NCBI GenBank assembly: GCA_964016885.1
Contig: CAXHJY010000096.1
Coordinates: forward strand, 1,302,001-1,366,000
Reading direction: 5' to 3'
Length of the DNA stretch: 64,000 nucleotides
Source of the DNA: Eledone cirrhosa
Lineage: Eukaryota
This document shows positions 25,101 to 39,900 of the stretch, piece after piece; within the stretch, counting starts at the first letter, position 1, and the number at the start of each line of letters is the position of its first letter. The translations under genes were made by a program, and so were the position numbers. Under the pieces are notes generated by a model, which was not told the origin of the DNA, did no database searches, and saw only the letters and a program-made list of their open reading frames with translations.

Positions 25101-28100
25101 ATTTTTTTTAAAAAATCAGGCGGAGATAATTTGTAAAAAAAATCAGGGGGAGATAATTTGTAAAAAAAATCAGGGGGAGATAATTTCTAAAAAAAAATCA
25201 GGGGTAGATAATTTGTAAAAAAAAATCAAGGGGAGATAATTTGTAAAAAAAATCAAGGGGAGATAATTTCCAGCCGTCCAAGGGAAGATAATTTCCAGCC
25301 CTCCAAGGGGCTATAATTTCCAGCGTCCAAGGGGAGATAATTTCCAGCCAGCGAAGGGGAGATAATTTTTTAAAAAAAATCATTGGGAGATTTGTAAAAA
25401 AAATCAGGGGGAGATAATTTGTAAAAAAAATCAAGGGGAGATAATTTCCAGCCGTCCAAGGGGAGGTAATATCTAGCCGTCCAAGGGTAGATAATTTCCA
25501 GCCGTCCAACGGGAGATAATTTCCAGCCGTCCAAGGGTAGATAATATCCAGCCGCCCAAGGACATATTTTCCAGCCGTCCAAGGAGAGGTAATTTCTAGC
25601 CGTCCAAGGGGAGATAATTTCCAGCCGTCCAAGGGTAGATAATATCCAGCCGTCCAAGGACATATTTTCCAGCCGTCCAAGGAGAGGTAATTTCTAGCCG
25701 TCCAAGGGGAGATAAATTCCAGCCTCCAAGGGGAGATAATTTCCAGCCAGCCAAGGGGAGATAATTTGTAAAAAAATCAGGGGGAGATAATTTGTAAAAA
25801 AAATCAGGGGGAGATAATTTGTAAAAAAAAATCAGGGGGAGATAATTTGTAAAAAAAAATCAGGGGGAGATAATTTGCAAAAAAAATCAGGGGGAGATAA
25901 TTTGTAAAAAAAAATCAGGGGTAGATAATTTGTAAAAAAAAATCAGGGGGAGATAATTTGTAAAAAAAATCAGGGGGAGATAATTTGTAAAAAAAATCAA
26001 GGGGAGATAATTTCCAGCCGTCCAAGGGGAGATAATTTTCAGCCGTCCAAGGGGAGATAATTTCCCGCCAGCCAAGGGAAGATAATATTCAAAAAAATCA
26101 GGCGGAGATAATTTGTAAAAAAAATCAGGGGGAGATAATTTGTAAAAAAATCAGGGGGAGATAATTTGTAAAAAAAAAAATCAGGGGGAGATAATTTTTA
26201 AAAAAAATCAGGGGGAGATAATTTGTAAAAAAAAATCAGGGGTAGATAATTTGTAAAAAAAAATCAGGGGGAGATAATTTGTAAAAAAAAATCAGGGGGA
26301 GATAATTTGTAAAAAAAATGAAAGGGGAGATAATATCCAGCCGTCCAAGGGGAGATAATTTCCAGCCGTCCAAGGGGAGATAATTTCCAGCCGTCCAAGG
26401 AGAGATAATTTCCATCCTTCCAAGGGGATATAATTTCCAGCCGTCCAAGGGGAGATAATTTCCATCCTTCCAAGGGGATATAATTTCCAGCCGTCCAAGG
26501 GGAGATAATTTTCAGCCGTCCAAGGAGAGGTAATTTCTAGCCGTCCAAGGAGAGATAATTTCCAGCCGTCCAAGGGGAGATAATTTCCAGCCGTCCAAGG
26601 GGAGATAATTTCCAGCCGTCCAAGGAGACATATTTTCCAGCCGTCCAAGGAGAGGTAATTCCTAGCCGTCCAAGGGGAGATAAATTCCAGCCTCCAAGGG
26701 GAGATAATTTCCAGCCAGCCAAGGGGAGATAATTTGTAAAAAAAATCAGGGGGAGATAATTTGTAAAAAAAATCAGGGGGAGATAATTTGTAAAAAAAAA
26801 TCAGGGGGAGATAATTTGTAAAAAATAATCAGGGGGAGATAATTTGTAAAAAAAATCAAGGGGTGATAATTTCCAGCCGTCCAAGGGGAGATAATTTTCA
26901 GCCGTCCAAGGGGAGATAATTTCCCGCCAGCCAAGGGAAGATAATATTTAAAAAAATTAGGCGGAGATAATTTGTAAAAAAAATCAGGGGGAGATAATTT
27001 GTAAAAAAATCAGGGGGAGATAATTTGTAAAAAAAATCAGGGGGAGATAATTTGTAAAAAAAATCAGGGGGAGATAATTTGTAAAAAAAAATCAGGGGGA
27101 GATAATTTGTAAAAAAAATCAAGGGGAGATAATTTCCAGCCGTCCAAGGGAAGATAATTTCCAGCCCTCCAAGGGGCTATAATTTCCAGCGTCCAAGGGG
27201 AGATAATTTCCAGCCAGCGAAGGGGAGATAATTTTTTTTTAAAAATCATTGGGAGATTTGTAAAAAAAATCAGGGGGAGATAATTTGTAAAAAAAATCAA
27301 GGGGAGATAATTTCCAGCCGTCCAAGGGGAGGTAATATCTAGCCGTCCAAGGGGAGATAATTTCCAGCCGTCCAAGGGGAGATAATTTCCAGCCGTCCAA
27401 GGGTAGATAATATCCAGCCGTCCAAGGACATATTTTCCAGCCGTCCAAGGAGAGGTAATTTCTAGCCGTCCAAGGGGAGATAAATTCCAGCCTCCAAGGT
27501 GAGATAATTTCCAGCCAGCCAAGGGGAGATAATTTGTAAAAAAATCAGGGGGAGATAATTTGTAAAAAAAATCAGGGGGAGATAATTTGTAAAAAAAAAT
27601 CAGGGGGAGATAATTTGTAAAAAAAATCAGGGGGAGATAATTTGTAAAAAAAAATCAGGGGGAGATAATTTGTAAAAAAAATCAAGGGGAGATAATTTCC
27701 AGCCGTCCAAGGGGAGATAATTTCCCGCCAGCCAAGGGAAGATAATATTTAAAAAAATCAGGCGGAGATAATTTGTAAAAAAAATCAGGGGGAGATAATT
27801 TGTAAAAAAATCAGGGGGAGATAATTTGTAAAAAAAAAATCAGGGGGAGATAATTTGTAAAAAAAATCAGGGGGAGATAATTTGTAAAAAAAAATCAGGG
27901 GTAGATAAATTGTAAAAAAAAATCAGGGGGAGATAATTTGTAAAAAAAATCAGGGGGAGATAATTTGTAAAAAAAATGAAAGGGGAGATAATATCCAGCC
28001 GTCCAAGGGGAGATAATTTCCAGCCGTCCAAGGGGAGATAATTTCCAGCCGTCCAAGGGGAGATAATTTCCATCCTTCCAAGGGGATATAATTTCCAGCC

Positions 28101-29740
28101 GTCCAAGGGGAGATAATTTCCCGCCAGCCAAGGGAAGATAATTTTTAAAAAAATCAGGCGGAGATTGTAAAAAAAATCAGGGGGGAGATAATTTGTAAAA
28201 AAATCAGGGGGAGATAATTTGTAAAAAATAATCAGGGGGAGATAATTTGTAAAAAAAAATCAAGGGGAGATAATTTCCAGCCGTCCAAGGGGAGATAATT
28301 TCCCGCCAGCCAAGGGAAGATAATATTTAAAAAAATTAGGCGGAGATAATTTGTAAAAAAAATCAGGGGGAGATAATTTGTAAAAAAATCAGGGGGAGAT
28401 AATTTGTAAAAAAAATCAGGGGGAGATAATTTGTAAAAAAAATCATGGGGAGATAATTTGTAAAAAAAAATCAGGGGTAGATAATTTGTAAAAAAAAATC
28501 AGGGGGAGATAATTTGTAAAAAAAAATCAGGGGGAGATAATTTGTAAAAAAAATCAAGGGGAGATAATTTCCAGCCGTCCAAGGGGAGATAATTTTCAGC
28601 TGTCCAAGGAGAGGTAATTTCTAGCCGTCCAAGGGGAGATAATTTCCAGCCGTCCAAGGGGAGGTAATTTCCAGCCGTCCAAGGGGAGATAATTTTAAAA
28701 AAAAAATCAGGCGGAGATAATTTGTAAAAAAAATCAAGGGGAGATAATTTGCAGCCGTCCAAGGGGAGATAATTTTCAGTCGTCCAAGGAGAGGTAATTT
28801 CTAGCCGTCCAAGGGGAGATAATTGCCAGCCGTCCAAGGGGAGATAATTTCCAGCCGTCCAAGGGGAGATAATTTTTTTTAAAAAATCAGGCGGAGATAA
28901 TTTGTAAAAAAAATCAGGGGGAGATAATTTGTAAAAAAAATCAGGGGGAGATAATTTCTAAAAAAAAATCAGGGGTAGATAATTTGTAAAAAAAAATCAA
29001 GGGGAGATAATTTGTAAAAAAAATCAAGGGGAGATAATTTCCAGCCGTCCAAGGGAAGATAATTTCCAGCCCTCCAAGGGGCTATAATTTCCAGCGTCCA
29101 AGGGGAGATAATTTCCAGCCAGCGAAGGGGAGATAATTTTTTAAAAAAAATCATTGGGAGATTTGTAAAAAAAATCAGGGGGAGATAATTTGTAAAAAAA
29201 ATCAAGGGGAGATAATTTCCAGCCGTCCAAGGGGAGGTAATATCTAGCCGTCCAAGGGTAGATAATTTCCAGCCGTCCAACGGGAGATAATTTCCAGCCG
29301 TCCAAGGGTAGATAATATCCAGCCGCCCAAGGACATATTTTCCAGCCGTCCAAGGAGAGGTAATTTCTAGCCGTCCAAGGGGAGATAATTTCCAGCCGTC
29401 CAAGGGTAGATAATATCCAGCCGTCCAAGGACATATTTTCCAGCCGTCCAAGGAGAGGTAATTTCTAGCCGTCCAAGGGGAGATAAATTCCAGCCTCCAA
29501 GGGGAGATAATTTCCAGCCAGCCAAGGGGAGATAATTTGTAAAAAAATCAGGGGGAGATAATTTGTAAAAAAAATCAGGGGGAGATAATTTGTAAAAAAA
29601 AATCAGGGGGAGATAATTTGTAAAAAAAAATCAGGGGGAGATAATTTGCAAAAAAAATCAGGGGGAGATAATTTGTAAAAAAAAATCAGGGGTAGATAAT
29701 TTGTAAAAAAAAATCAGGGGGAGATAATTTGTAAAAAAAA
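22200..29740 (+). repeat. Near-perfect tandem duplication, period 3,771 bp (2 copies)
   Basis: ORFs 22465-25370 recur at +3,771. Private markers are GGGGTGATAAT (~23089/26860) and the T9A5-TCATT junction (~23461/27232). Confidence 0.93.
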
Positions 29741-30916
29741 ATCAGGGGGAGATAATTTGTAAAAAAAATCAAGGGGAGATAATTTCCAGCCGTCCAAGGA
29801 GAGATAATTTTAAAAAAAATCAGGCGGAGATAATTTGTAAAAAAAAATCAGGGGGAGATAATTTGTAAAAAAAAATCAGGGGGAGATAATTTGTAAAAAA
29901 AAATCAGGGGGAGATAATTTGTAAAAAAAATCAGGAGGAGATAATTTGTAAAAAAAATCAAGGGGAGATAATTTCCAGCCGTCCAAGGAGAGATAATTTA
30001 AAAAAAAATCAGGCGGAGATAATTTGTAAAAAAAAATCAGGGGGAGATAATTTTTAAAAAAAAATCAGGGGGAGATAATTTGTAAAAAAAATCAAGGGGA
30101 GATAATTTCCAGCCGTCCAAGGAGAGATAATTTTAAAAAAAATCAGGCGGAGATAATTTGTAAAAAAAAATTAGGGGGAGATAATTTGTAAAAAAAAATC
30201 AGGGGGAGATAATTTGTAAAAAAAATCAAGGGGAGATAATTTCCAGCCGTCCAAGGAGAGATAATTTTAAAAAAAATCAGGGGGAGATAATTTGTAAAAA
30301 AATCAGGGGGAGATAATTTGTAAAAAAAAAAATCAGGGGGAGATAATTTGTAAAAAAAATCAGGGGGAGATAATTTGTAAAAAAAAATCAGGGGTAGATA
30401 ATTTGTAAAAAAAAATCAGGGGGAGATAATTTGTAAAAAAAAATCAGGGGCAGATAATTTGTAAAAAAAATGAAAGGGGAGATAATATCCAGCCGTCCAA
30501 GGGGAGATAATTTCCAGCCGTCCAAGGGGAGATAATTTCCAGCCGTCCAAGGGGAGAAAATTTCCATCCTTCCAAGGGGATATAATTTCCAGCCGGCCAA
30601 GGGGAGATAATTTCCATCCTTCCAAGGGGATATAATTTCCAGCCGTCCAAGGGGAGATAATTTTCAGCCGTCCAAGGAGAGGTAATTTCTAGCCGTCCAA
30701 GGAGAGATAATTTCCAGCCGTCCAAGGGGAGATAATTTCCAGCCGTCCAAGGGGAGATAATTTTACAGCCGTCCAAGGAGACATATTTTCCAGCCGTCCA
30801 AGGAGAGGTAATTCCTAGCCGTCCAAGGGGAGATAAATTCCAGCCTCCAAGGGGAGATAATTTCCAGCCAGCCAAGGGGAGATAATTTGTAAAAAAAATC
30901 AGGGGGAGATAATTTC

Positions 30917-33900
30917 TAAAAAAAATCAGGGGGAGATAATTTGTAAAAAAAAATCAGGGGGAGATAATTTGTAAAAAATAATCAGGGGGAGATAATTTGT
31001 AAAAAAAATCAAGGGGAGATAATTTCCAGCCGTCCAAGGGGAGATAATTTTCAGCCGTCCAAGGGGAGATAATTTCCCACCAGCCAAGGGAAGATAATAT
31101 TTAAAAAAATTAGGCGGAGATAATTTGTAAAAAAAATCAGGGGGAGATAATTTGTAAAAAAATCAGGGGGAGATAATTTGTAAAAAAAATCAGGGGGAGA
31201 TAATTTGTAAAAAAAATCAGGGGGAGATAATTTGTAAAAAAAAATCAGGGGTAGATAATTTGTAAAAAAAAATCAGGGGGAGATAATTTGTAAAAAAAAA
31301 TCAGGGGGAGATAATTTGTAAAAAAAATCAAGGGGAGATAATTTCCAGCCGTCCAAGGAGAGATAATTTAAAAAAAAATCAGGCGGAGATAATTTGTAAA
31401 AAAAAATCAGGGGGAGATAATTTGTAAAAAAAAATCAGGGGGAGATAATTTGTAGAAAAAATCAAGGGGAGATAATTTCCAGCCGTCCAAGGGGAGATAA
31501 TTTTCAGCCGTCCAAGGGGAGATAATTTCCCGCCAGCCAAGGGAAGATAATATTCAAAAAAATCAGGCGGAGATAATTTGTAAAAAAAATCAGGGGGAGA
31601 TAATTTGTAAAAAAATCAGGGGGAGATAATTTGTAAAAAAAAAAATCAGGGGGAGATAATTTGTAAAAAAAATCAGGGGGAGATAATTTGTAAAAAAAAA
31701 TCAGGGGTAGATAATTTGTAAAAAAAAATCAGGGGGAGATAATTTGTAAAAAAAAATCAGGGGGAGATAATTTGTAAAAAAAATGAAAGGGGAGATAATA
31801 TCCAGCCGTCCAAGGGGAGATAATTTCCAGCCGTCCAAGGAGAGATAATTTCCAGCCGTCCAAGGGGAGATAATTTCCATCCTTCCAAGGGGATATAATT
31901 TCCAGCCGTCCAAGGGGAGATAATTTCCATCCTTCCAAGGGGATATAATTTCCAGCCGTCCAAGGGGAGATAATTTTCAGCCGTCCAAGGAGAGGTAATT
32001 TCTAGCCGTCCAAGGAGAGATAATTTCCAGCCGTCCAAGGGGAGATAATTTCCAGCCGTCCAAGGGGAGATAATTTCCAGCCGTCCAAGGAGACATATTT
32101 TCCAGCCGTCCAAGGAGAGGTAATTCCTAGCCGTCCAAGGGGAGATAAATTCCAGCCTCCAAGGGGAGATAATTTCCAGCCAGCCAAGGGGAGATAATTT
32201 GTAAAAAAAATCAGGGGGAGATAATTTGTAAAAAAAATCAGGGGGAGATAATTTGTAAAAAAAAATCAGGGGGAGATAATTTGTAAAAAAAATCAAGGGG
32301 AGATAATTTCCAGCCGTCCAAGGGGAGATAATTTTCAGCCGTCCAAGGGGAGATAATTTCCCGCCAGCCAAGGGAAGATAATATTCAAAAAAATCAGGCG
32401 GAGATAATTTGTAAAAAAAATCAGGGGGAGATAATTTGTAAAAAAATCAGGGGGAGATAATTTGTAAAAAAAAAAATCAGGGGGAGATAATTTGTAAAAA
32501 AAATCAGGGGGAGATAATTTGTAAAAAAAAATCAGGGGTAGATAATTTGTAAAAAAAAATCAGGGGGAGATAATTTGTAAAAAAAAATCAGGGGGAGATA
32601 ATTTGTAAAAAAAATGAAAGGGGAGATAATATCCAGCCGTCCAAGGGGAGATAATTTCCAGCCGTCCAAGGGGAGATAATTTCCAGCCGTCCAAGGGGAG
32701 ATAATTTCCATCCTTCCAAGGGGATATAATTTCCAGCCGTCCAAGGGGAGATAATTTCCATCCTTCCAAGGGGATATAATTTCCAGCCGTCCAAGGGGAG
32801 ATAATTTTCAGCCGTCCAAGGAGAGGTAATTTCTAGCCGTCCAAGGAGAGATAATTTCCAGCCGTCCAAGGGGAGATAATTTCCAGCCGTCCAAGGGGAG
32901 ATAATTTCCAGCCGTCCAAGGAGACATATTTTCCAGCCGTCCAAGGAGAGGTAATTCCTAGCCGTCCAAGGGGAGATAAATTCCAGCCTCCAAGGGGAGA
33001 TAATTTCCAGCCAGCCAAGGGGAGATAATTTGTAAAAAAAATCAGGGGGAGATAATTTGTAAAAAAATCAGGGGGAGATAATTTGTAAAAAAAATCAGGG
33101 GGAGATAATTTGTAAAAAAAATCAGGGGGAGATAATTTGTAAAAAAAAATCAGGGGTAGATAATTTGTAAAAAAAAATCAGGGGGAGATAATTTGTAAAA
33201 AAATCAAGGGGAGATAATTTCCAGCCGTCCAAGGGAAGATAATTTCCAGCCCTCCAACGGGCTATAATTTCCAGCGTCCAAGGGGAGATAATTTCCAGCC
33301 AGCGAAGGGGAGATAATTTTTTTAAAAAAATCATTGGGAGATTTGTAAAAAAAATCAGGGGGAGATAATTTGTAAAAAAAATCAAGGGGAGATAATTTCC
33401 AGCCGTCCAAGGGGAGGTAATATCTAGCCGTCCAAGGGTAGATAATTTCCAGCCGTCCAACGGGAGATAATTTCCAGCCGTCCAAGGGTAGATAATATCC
33501 AGCCGCCCAAGGACATATTTTCCAGCCGTCCAAGGAGAGGTAATTTCTAGCCGTCCAAGGGGAGATAATTTCCAGCCGTCCAAGGGTAGATAATATCCAG
33601 CCGTCCAAGGACATATTTTCCAGCCGTCCAAGGAGAGGTAATTTCTAGCCGTCCAAGGGGAGATAAATTCCAGCCTCCAAGGGGAGATAATTTCCAGCCA
33701 GCCAAGGGGAGATAATTTGTAAAAAAATCAGGGAGAGATAATTTGTAAACAAAATCAGGGGGAGATAATTTGTAAAAAAAAATCAGGGGGAGATAATTTG
33801 TAAAAAAAATTAGGCGTAGATAATTTGTAAAAAAAAATCAGGGGGAGATAATTTGTAAAAAAAAATCAGGGGGAGATAATTTGTTTAAAAAATCAAGGGG

Positions 33901-36900
33901 AGATAATTTGCAGCCGTCCAAGGGGAGATAATTTTCAGCCGTCCAAGGAGAGGTAATTTCTAGCCGTTCAAGGGGAGATAATTTCCAGCCGTCCAAGGCG
34001 AGATAATTTCCAGCCGTCCAAGGGGAGATAATTTTTTTTTAAAAATCAGGCGGACATAATTTGTAAAAAAAAATCAGGGGGAGATAATTCGTAAAAAAAA
34101 ATCAGGGGGAGATAATTTGTAAAAAAAAATCAGGGGGAGATAATTTGTAAAAAAAATCAAGGGGAGATAATTTCCAGCCGTCCAAGGGAAGATAATTTCC
34201 AGCCCTCCAAGGGGCTATAATTTCCAGCGTCCAAGGGGAGATAATTTCCAGCCAGCGAAGGGGAGATAATTTTTTTAAAAAAATCATTGGGAGATTTGTA
34301 AAAAAAATCAGGGGGAGATAATTTGTAAAAAAAATCAAGGGGAGATAATTTCCAGCCGTCCAAGGGGAGGTAATATCTAGCCGTCCAAGGGTAGATAATT
34401 TCCAGCCGTCCAACGGGAGATAATTTCCAGCCGTCCAAGGGTAGATAATATCCAGCCGCCCAAGGACATATTTTCCAGCCGTCCAAGGAGAGGTAATTTC
34501 TAGCCGTCCAAGGGGAGATAATTTCCAGCCGTCCAAGGGTAGATAATATCCAGCCGTCCAAGGACATATTTTCCAGCCGTCCAAGGAGAGGTAATTTCTA
34601 GCCGTCCAAGGGGAGATAAATTCCAGCCTCCAAGGGGAGATAATTTCCAGCCAGCCAAGGGGAGATAATTTGTAAAAAAATCAGGGGGAGATAATTTGTA
34701 AAAAAAATCAGGGGGAGATAATTTGTAAAAAAAAATCAGGGGGAGATAATTTGTAAAAAAAAATCAGGGGGAGATAATTTGCAAAAAAAATCAGGGGGAG
34801 ATAATTTGTAAAAAAAAATCAGGGGTAGATAATTTGTAAAAAAAAATCAGGGGGAGATAATTTGTAAAAAAAAATCAGGGGGAGATAATTTGTAAAAAAA
34901 ATCAAGGGGAGATAATTTCCAGCCGTCCAAGGAGAGATAATTTAAAAAAAAATCAGGCGGAGATAATTTGTAAAAAAAAATCAGGGGGAGATAATTTGTA
35001 AAAAAAAATCAGGGGGAGATAATTTGTAAAAAAAAATCAGGGGGAGATAATTTGTAAAAAAAATCAGGAGGAGATAATTTGTAAAAAAAATCAAGGGGAG
35101 ATAATTTCCAGCCGTCCAAGGAGAGATAATTTAAAAAAAAATCAGGCGGAGATAATTTGTAAAAAAAAATCAGGGGGAGATAATTTGTAAAAAAAAATCA
35201 GGGGGAGATAATTTGTAAAAAAAATCAAGGGGAGATAATTTCCAGCCGTCCAAGGGGAGATAATTTTCAGCCGTCCAAGGGGAGATAATTTCCCGCCAGC
35301 CAAGGGAAGATAATATTCAAAAAAATCAGGCGGAGATAATTTGTAAAAAAAATCAGGGGGAGATAATTTGTAAAAAAATCAGGGGGAGATAATTTGTAAA
35401 AAAAAAAATCAGGGGGAGATAATTTTTAAAAAAAATCAGGGGGAGATAATTTGTAAAAAAAAATCAGGGGTAGATAATTTGTAAAAAAAAATCAGGGGGA
35501 GATAATTTGTAAAAAAAAATCAGGGGGAGATAATTTGTAAAAAAAATGAAAGGGGAGATAATATCCAGCCGTCCAAGGGGAGATAATTTCCAGCCGTCCA
35601 AGGGGAGATAATTTCCAGCCGTCCAAGGAGAGATAATTTCCATCCTTCCAAGGGGATATAATTTCCAGCCGTCCAAGGGGAGATAATTTCCATCCTTCCA
35701 AGGGGATATAATTTCCAGCCGTCCAAGGGGAGATAATTTTCAGCCGTCCAAGGAGAGGTAATTTCTAGCCGTCCAAGGAGAGATAATTTCCAGCCGTCCA
35801 AGGGGAGATAATTTCCAGCCGTCCAAGGGGAGATAATTTCCAGCCGTCCAAGGAGACATATTTTCCAGCCGTCCAAGGAGAGGTAATTCCTAGCCGTCCA
35901 AGGGGAGATAAATTCCAGCCTCCAAGGGGAGATAATTTCCAGCCAGCCAAGGGGAGATAATTTGTAAAAAAAATCAGGGGGAGATAATTTGTAAAAAAAA
36001 TCAGGGGGAGATAATTTGTAAAAAAAAATCAGGGGGAGATAATTTGTAAAAAATAATCAGGGGGAGATAATTTGTAAAAAAAATCAAGGGGAGATAATTT
36101 CCAGCCGTCCAAGGGGAGATAATTTTCAGCCGTCCAAGGGGAGATAATTTCCCGCCAGCCAAGGGAAGATAATATTTAAAAAAATTAGGCGGAGATAATT
36201 TGTAAAAAAAATCAGGGGGAGATAATTTGTAAAAAAATCAGGGGGAGATAATTTGTAAAAAAAATCAGGGGGAGATAATTTGTAAAAAAAATCAGGGGGA
36301 GATAATTTGTAAAAAAAAATCAGGGGGAGATAATTTGTAAAAAAAATCAAGGGGAGATAATTTCCAGCCGTCCAAGGGAAGATAATTTCCAGCCCTCCAA
36401 GGGGCTATAATTTCCAGCGTCCAAGGGGAGATAATTTCCAGCCAGCGAAGGGGAGATAATTTTTTTTAAAAAATCATTGGGAGATTTGTAAAAAAAATCA
36501 GGGGGAGATAATTTGTAAAAAAAATCAAGGGGAGATAATTTCCAGCCGTCCAAGGGGAGGTAATATCTAGCCGTCCAAGGGGAGATAATTTCCAGCCGTC
36601 CAAGGGGAGATAATTTCCAGCCGTCCAAGGGTAGATAATATCCAGCCGTCCAAGGACATATTTTCCAGCCGTCCAAGGAGAGGTAATTTCTAGCCGTCCA
36701 AGGGGAGATAAATTCCAGCCTCCAAGGTGAGATAATTTCCAGCCAGCCAAGGGGAGATAATTTGTAAAAAAATCAGGGGGAGATAATTTGTAAAAAAAAT
36801 CAGGGGGAGATAATTTGTAAAAAAAAATCAGGGGGAGATAATTTGTAAAAAAAATCAGGGGGAGATAATTTGTAAAAAAAAATCAGGGGGAGATAATTTG

Positions 36901-39900
36901 TAAAAAAAATCAAGGGGAGATAATTTCCAGCCGTCCAAGGGGAGATAATTTCCCGCCAGCCAAGGGAAGATAATATTTAAAAAAATCAGGCGGAGATAAT
37001 TTGTAAAAAAAATCAGGGGGAGATAATTTGTAAAAAAATCAGGGGGAGATAATTTGTAAAAAAAAAATCAGGGGGAGATAATTTGTAAAAAAAATCAGGG
37101 GGAGATAATTTGTAAAAAAAAATCAGGGGTAGATAAATTGTAAAAAAAAATCAGGGGGAGATAATTTGTAAAAAAAATCAGGGGGAGATAATTTGTAAAA
37201 AAAATGAAAGGGGAGATAATATCCAGCCGTCCAAGGGGAGATAATTTCCAGCCGTCCAAGGGGAGATAATTTCCAGCCGTCCAAGGGGAGATAATTTCCA
37301 TCCTTCCAAGGGGATATAATTTCCAGCCGTCCAAGGGGAGATAATTTCCCGCCAGCCAAGGGAAGATAATTTTTAAAAAAATCAGGCGGAGATTGTAAAA
37401 AAAATCAGGGGGGAGATAATTTGTAAAAAAATCAGGGGGAGATAATTTGTAAAAAATAATCAGGGGGAGATAATTTGTAAAAAAAAATCAAGGGGAGATA
37501 ATTTCCAGCCGTCCAAGGGGAGATAATTTCCCGCCAGCCAAGGGAAGATAATATTTAAAAAAATTAGGCGGAGATAATTTGTAAAAAAAATCAGGGGGAG
37601 ATAATTTGTAAAAAAATCAGGGGGAGATAATTTGTAAAAAAAATCAGGGGGAGATAATTTGTAAAAAAAATCATGGGGAGATAATTTGTAAAAAAAAATC
37701 AGGGGTAGATAATTTGTAAAAAAAAATCAGGGGGAGATAATTTGTAAAAAAAAATCAGGGGGAGATAATTTGTAAAAAAAATCAAGGGGAGATAATTTCC
37801 AGCCGTCCAAGGGGAGATAATTTTCAGCTGTCCAAGGAGAGGTAATTTCTAGCCGTCCAAGGGGAGATAATTTCCAGCCGTCCAAGGGGAGGTAATTTCC
37901 AGCCGTCCAAGGGGAGATAATTTTAAAAAAAAAATCAGGCGGAGATAATTTGTAAAAAAAATCAAGGGGAGATAATTTGCAGCCGTCCAAGGGGAGATAA
38001 TTTTCAGTCGTCCAAGGAGAGGTAATTTCTAGCCGTCCAAGGGGAGATAATTGCCAGCCGTCCAAGGGGAGATAATTTCCAGCCGTCCAAGGGGAGATAA
38101 TTTTTTTTAAAAAATCAGGCGGAGATAATTTGTAAAAAAAATCAGGGGGAGATAATTTGTAAAAAAAATCAGGGGGAGATAATTTCTAAAAAAAAATCAG
38201 GGGTAGATAATTTGTAAAAAAAATCAAGGGGAGATAATTTGTAAAAAAAATCAAGGGGAGATAATTTCCAGCCGTCCAAGGGAAGATAATTTCCAGCCCT
38301 CCAAGGGGCTATAATTTCCAGCGTCCAAGGGGAGATAATTTCCAGCCAGCGAAGGGGAGATAATTTTTTAAAAAAAATCATTGGGAGATTTGTAAAAAAA
38401 ATCAGGGGGAGATAATTTGTAAAAAAAATCAAGGGGAGATAATTTCCAGCCGTCCAAGGGGAGGTAATATCTAGCCGTCCAAGGGTAGATAATTTCCAGC
38501 CGTCCAACGGGAGATAATTTCCAGCCGTCCAAGGGTAGATAATATCCAGCCGCCCAAGGACATATTTTCCAGCCGTCCAAGGAGAGGTAATTTCTAGCCG
38601 TCCAAGGGGAGATAATTTCCAGCCGTCCAAGGGTAGATAATATCCAGCCGTCCAAGGACATATTTTCCAGCCGTCCAAGGAGAGGTAATTTCTAGCCGTC
38701 CAAGGGGAGATAAATTCCAGCCTCCAAGGGGAGATAATTTCCAGCCAGCCAAGGGGAGATAATTTGTAAAAAAATCAGGGGGAGATAATTTGTAAAAAAA
38801 ATCAGGGGGAGATAATTTGTAAAAAAAAATCAGGGGGAGATAATTTGTAAAAAATAATCAGGGGGAGATAATTTGTAAAAAAAATCAAGGGGAGATAATT
38901 TCCAGCCGTCCAAGGGGAGATAATTTTCAGCCGTCCAAGGGGAGATAATTTCCCACCAGCCAAGGGAAGATAATATTTAAAAAAATTAGGCGGAGATAAT
39001 TTGTAAAAAAAATCAGGGGGAGATAATTTGTAAAAAAATCAGGGGGAGATAATTTGTAAAAAAAATCAGGGGGAGATAATTTGTAAAAAAAATCAGGGGG
39101 AGATAATTTGTAAAAAAAAATCAGGGGTAGATAATTTGTAAAAAAAAATCAGGGGGAGATAATTTGTAAAAAAAAATCAGGGGGAGATAATTTGTAAAAA
39201 AAATCAAGGGGAGATAATTTCCAGCCGTCCAAGGAGAGATAATTTAAAAAAAAATCAGGCGGAGATAATTTGTAAAAAAAAATCAGGGGGAGATAATTTG
39301 TAAAAAAAAATCAGGGGGAGATAATTTGTAGAAAAAATCAAGGGGAGATAATTTCCAGCCGTCCAAGGGGAGATAATTTTCAGCCGTCCAAGGGGAGATA
39401 ATTTCCCGCCAGCCAAGGGAAGATAATATTCAAAAAAATCAGGCGGAGATAATTTGTAAAAAAAATCAGGGGGAGATAATTTGTAAAAAAATCAGGGGGA
39501 GATAATTTGTAAAAAAAAAAATCAGGGGGAGATAATTTGTAAAAAAAATCAGGGGGAGATAATTTGTAAAAAAAAATCAGGGGTAGATAATTTGTAAAAA
39601 AAAATCAGGGGGAGATAATTTGTAAAAAAAAATCAGGGGGAGATAATTTGTAAAAAAAATGAAAGGGGAGATAATATCCAGCCGTCCAAGGGGAGATAAT
39701 TTCCAGCCGTCCAAGGAGAGATAATTTCCAGCCGTCCAAGGGGAGATAATTTCCATCCTTCCAAGGGGATATAATTTCCAGCCGTCCAAGGGGAGATAAT
39801 TTCCATCCTTCCAAGGGGATATAATTTCCAGCCGTCCAAGGGGAGATAATTTTCAGCCGTCCAAGGAGAGGTAATTTCTAGCCGTCCAAGGAGAGATAAT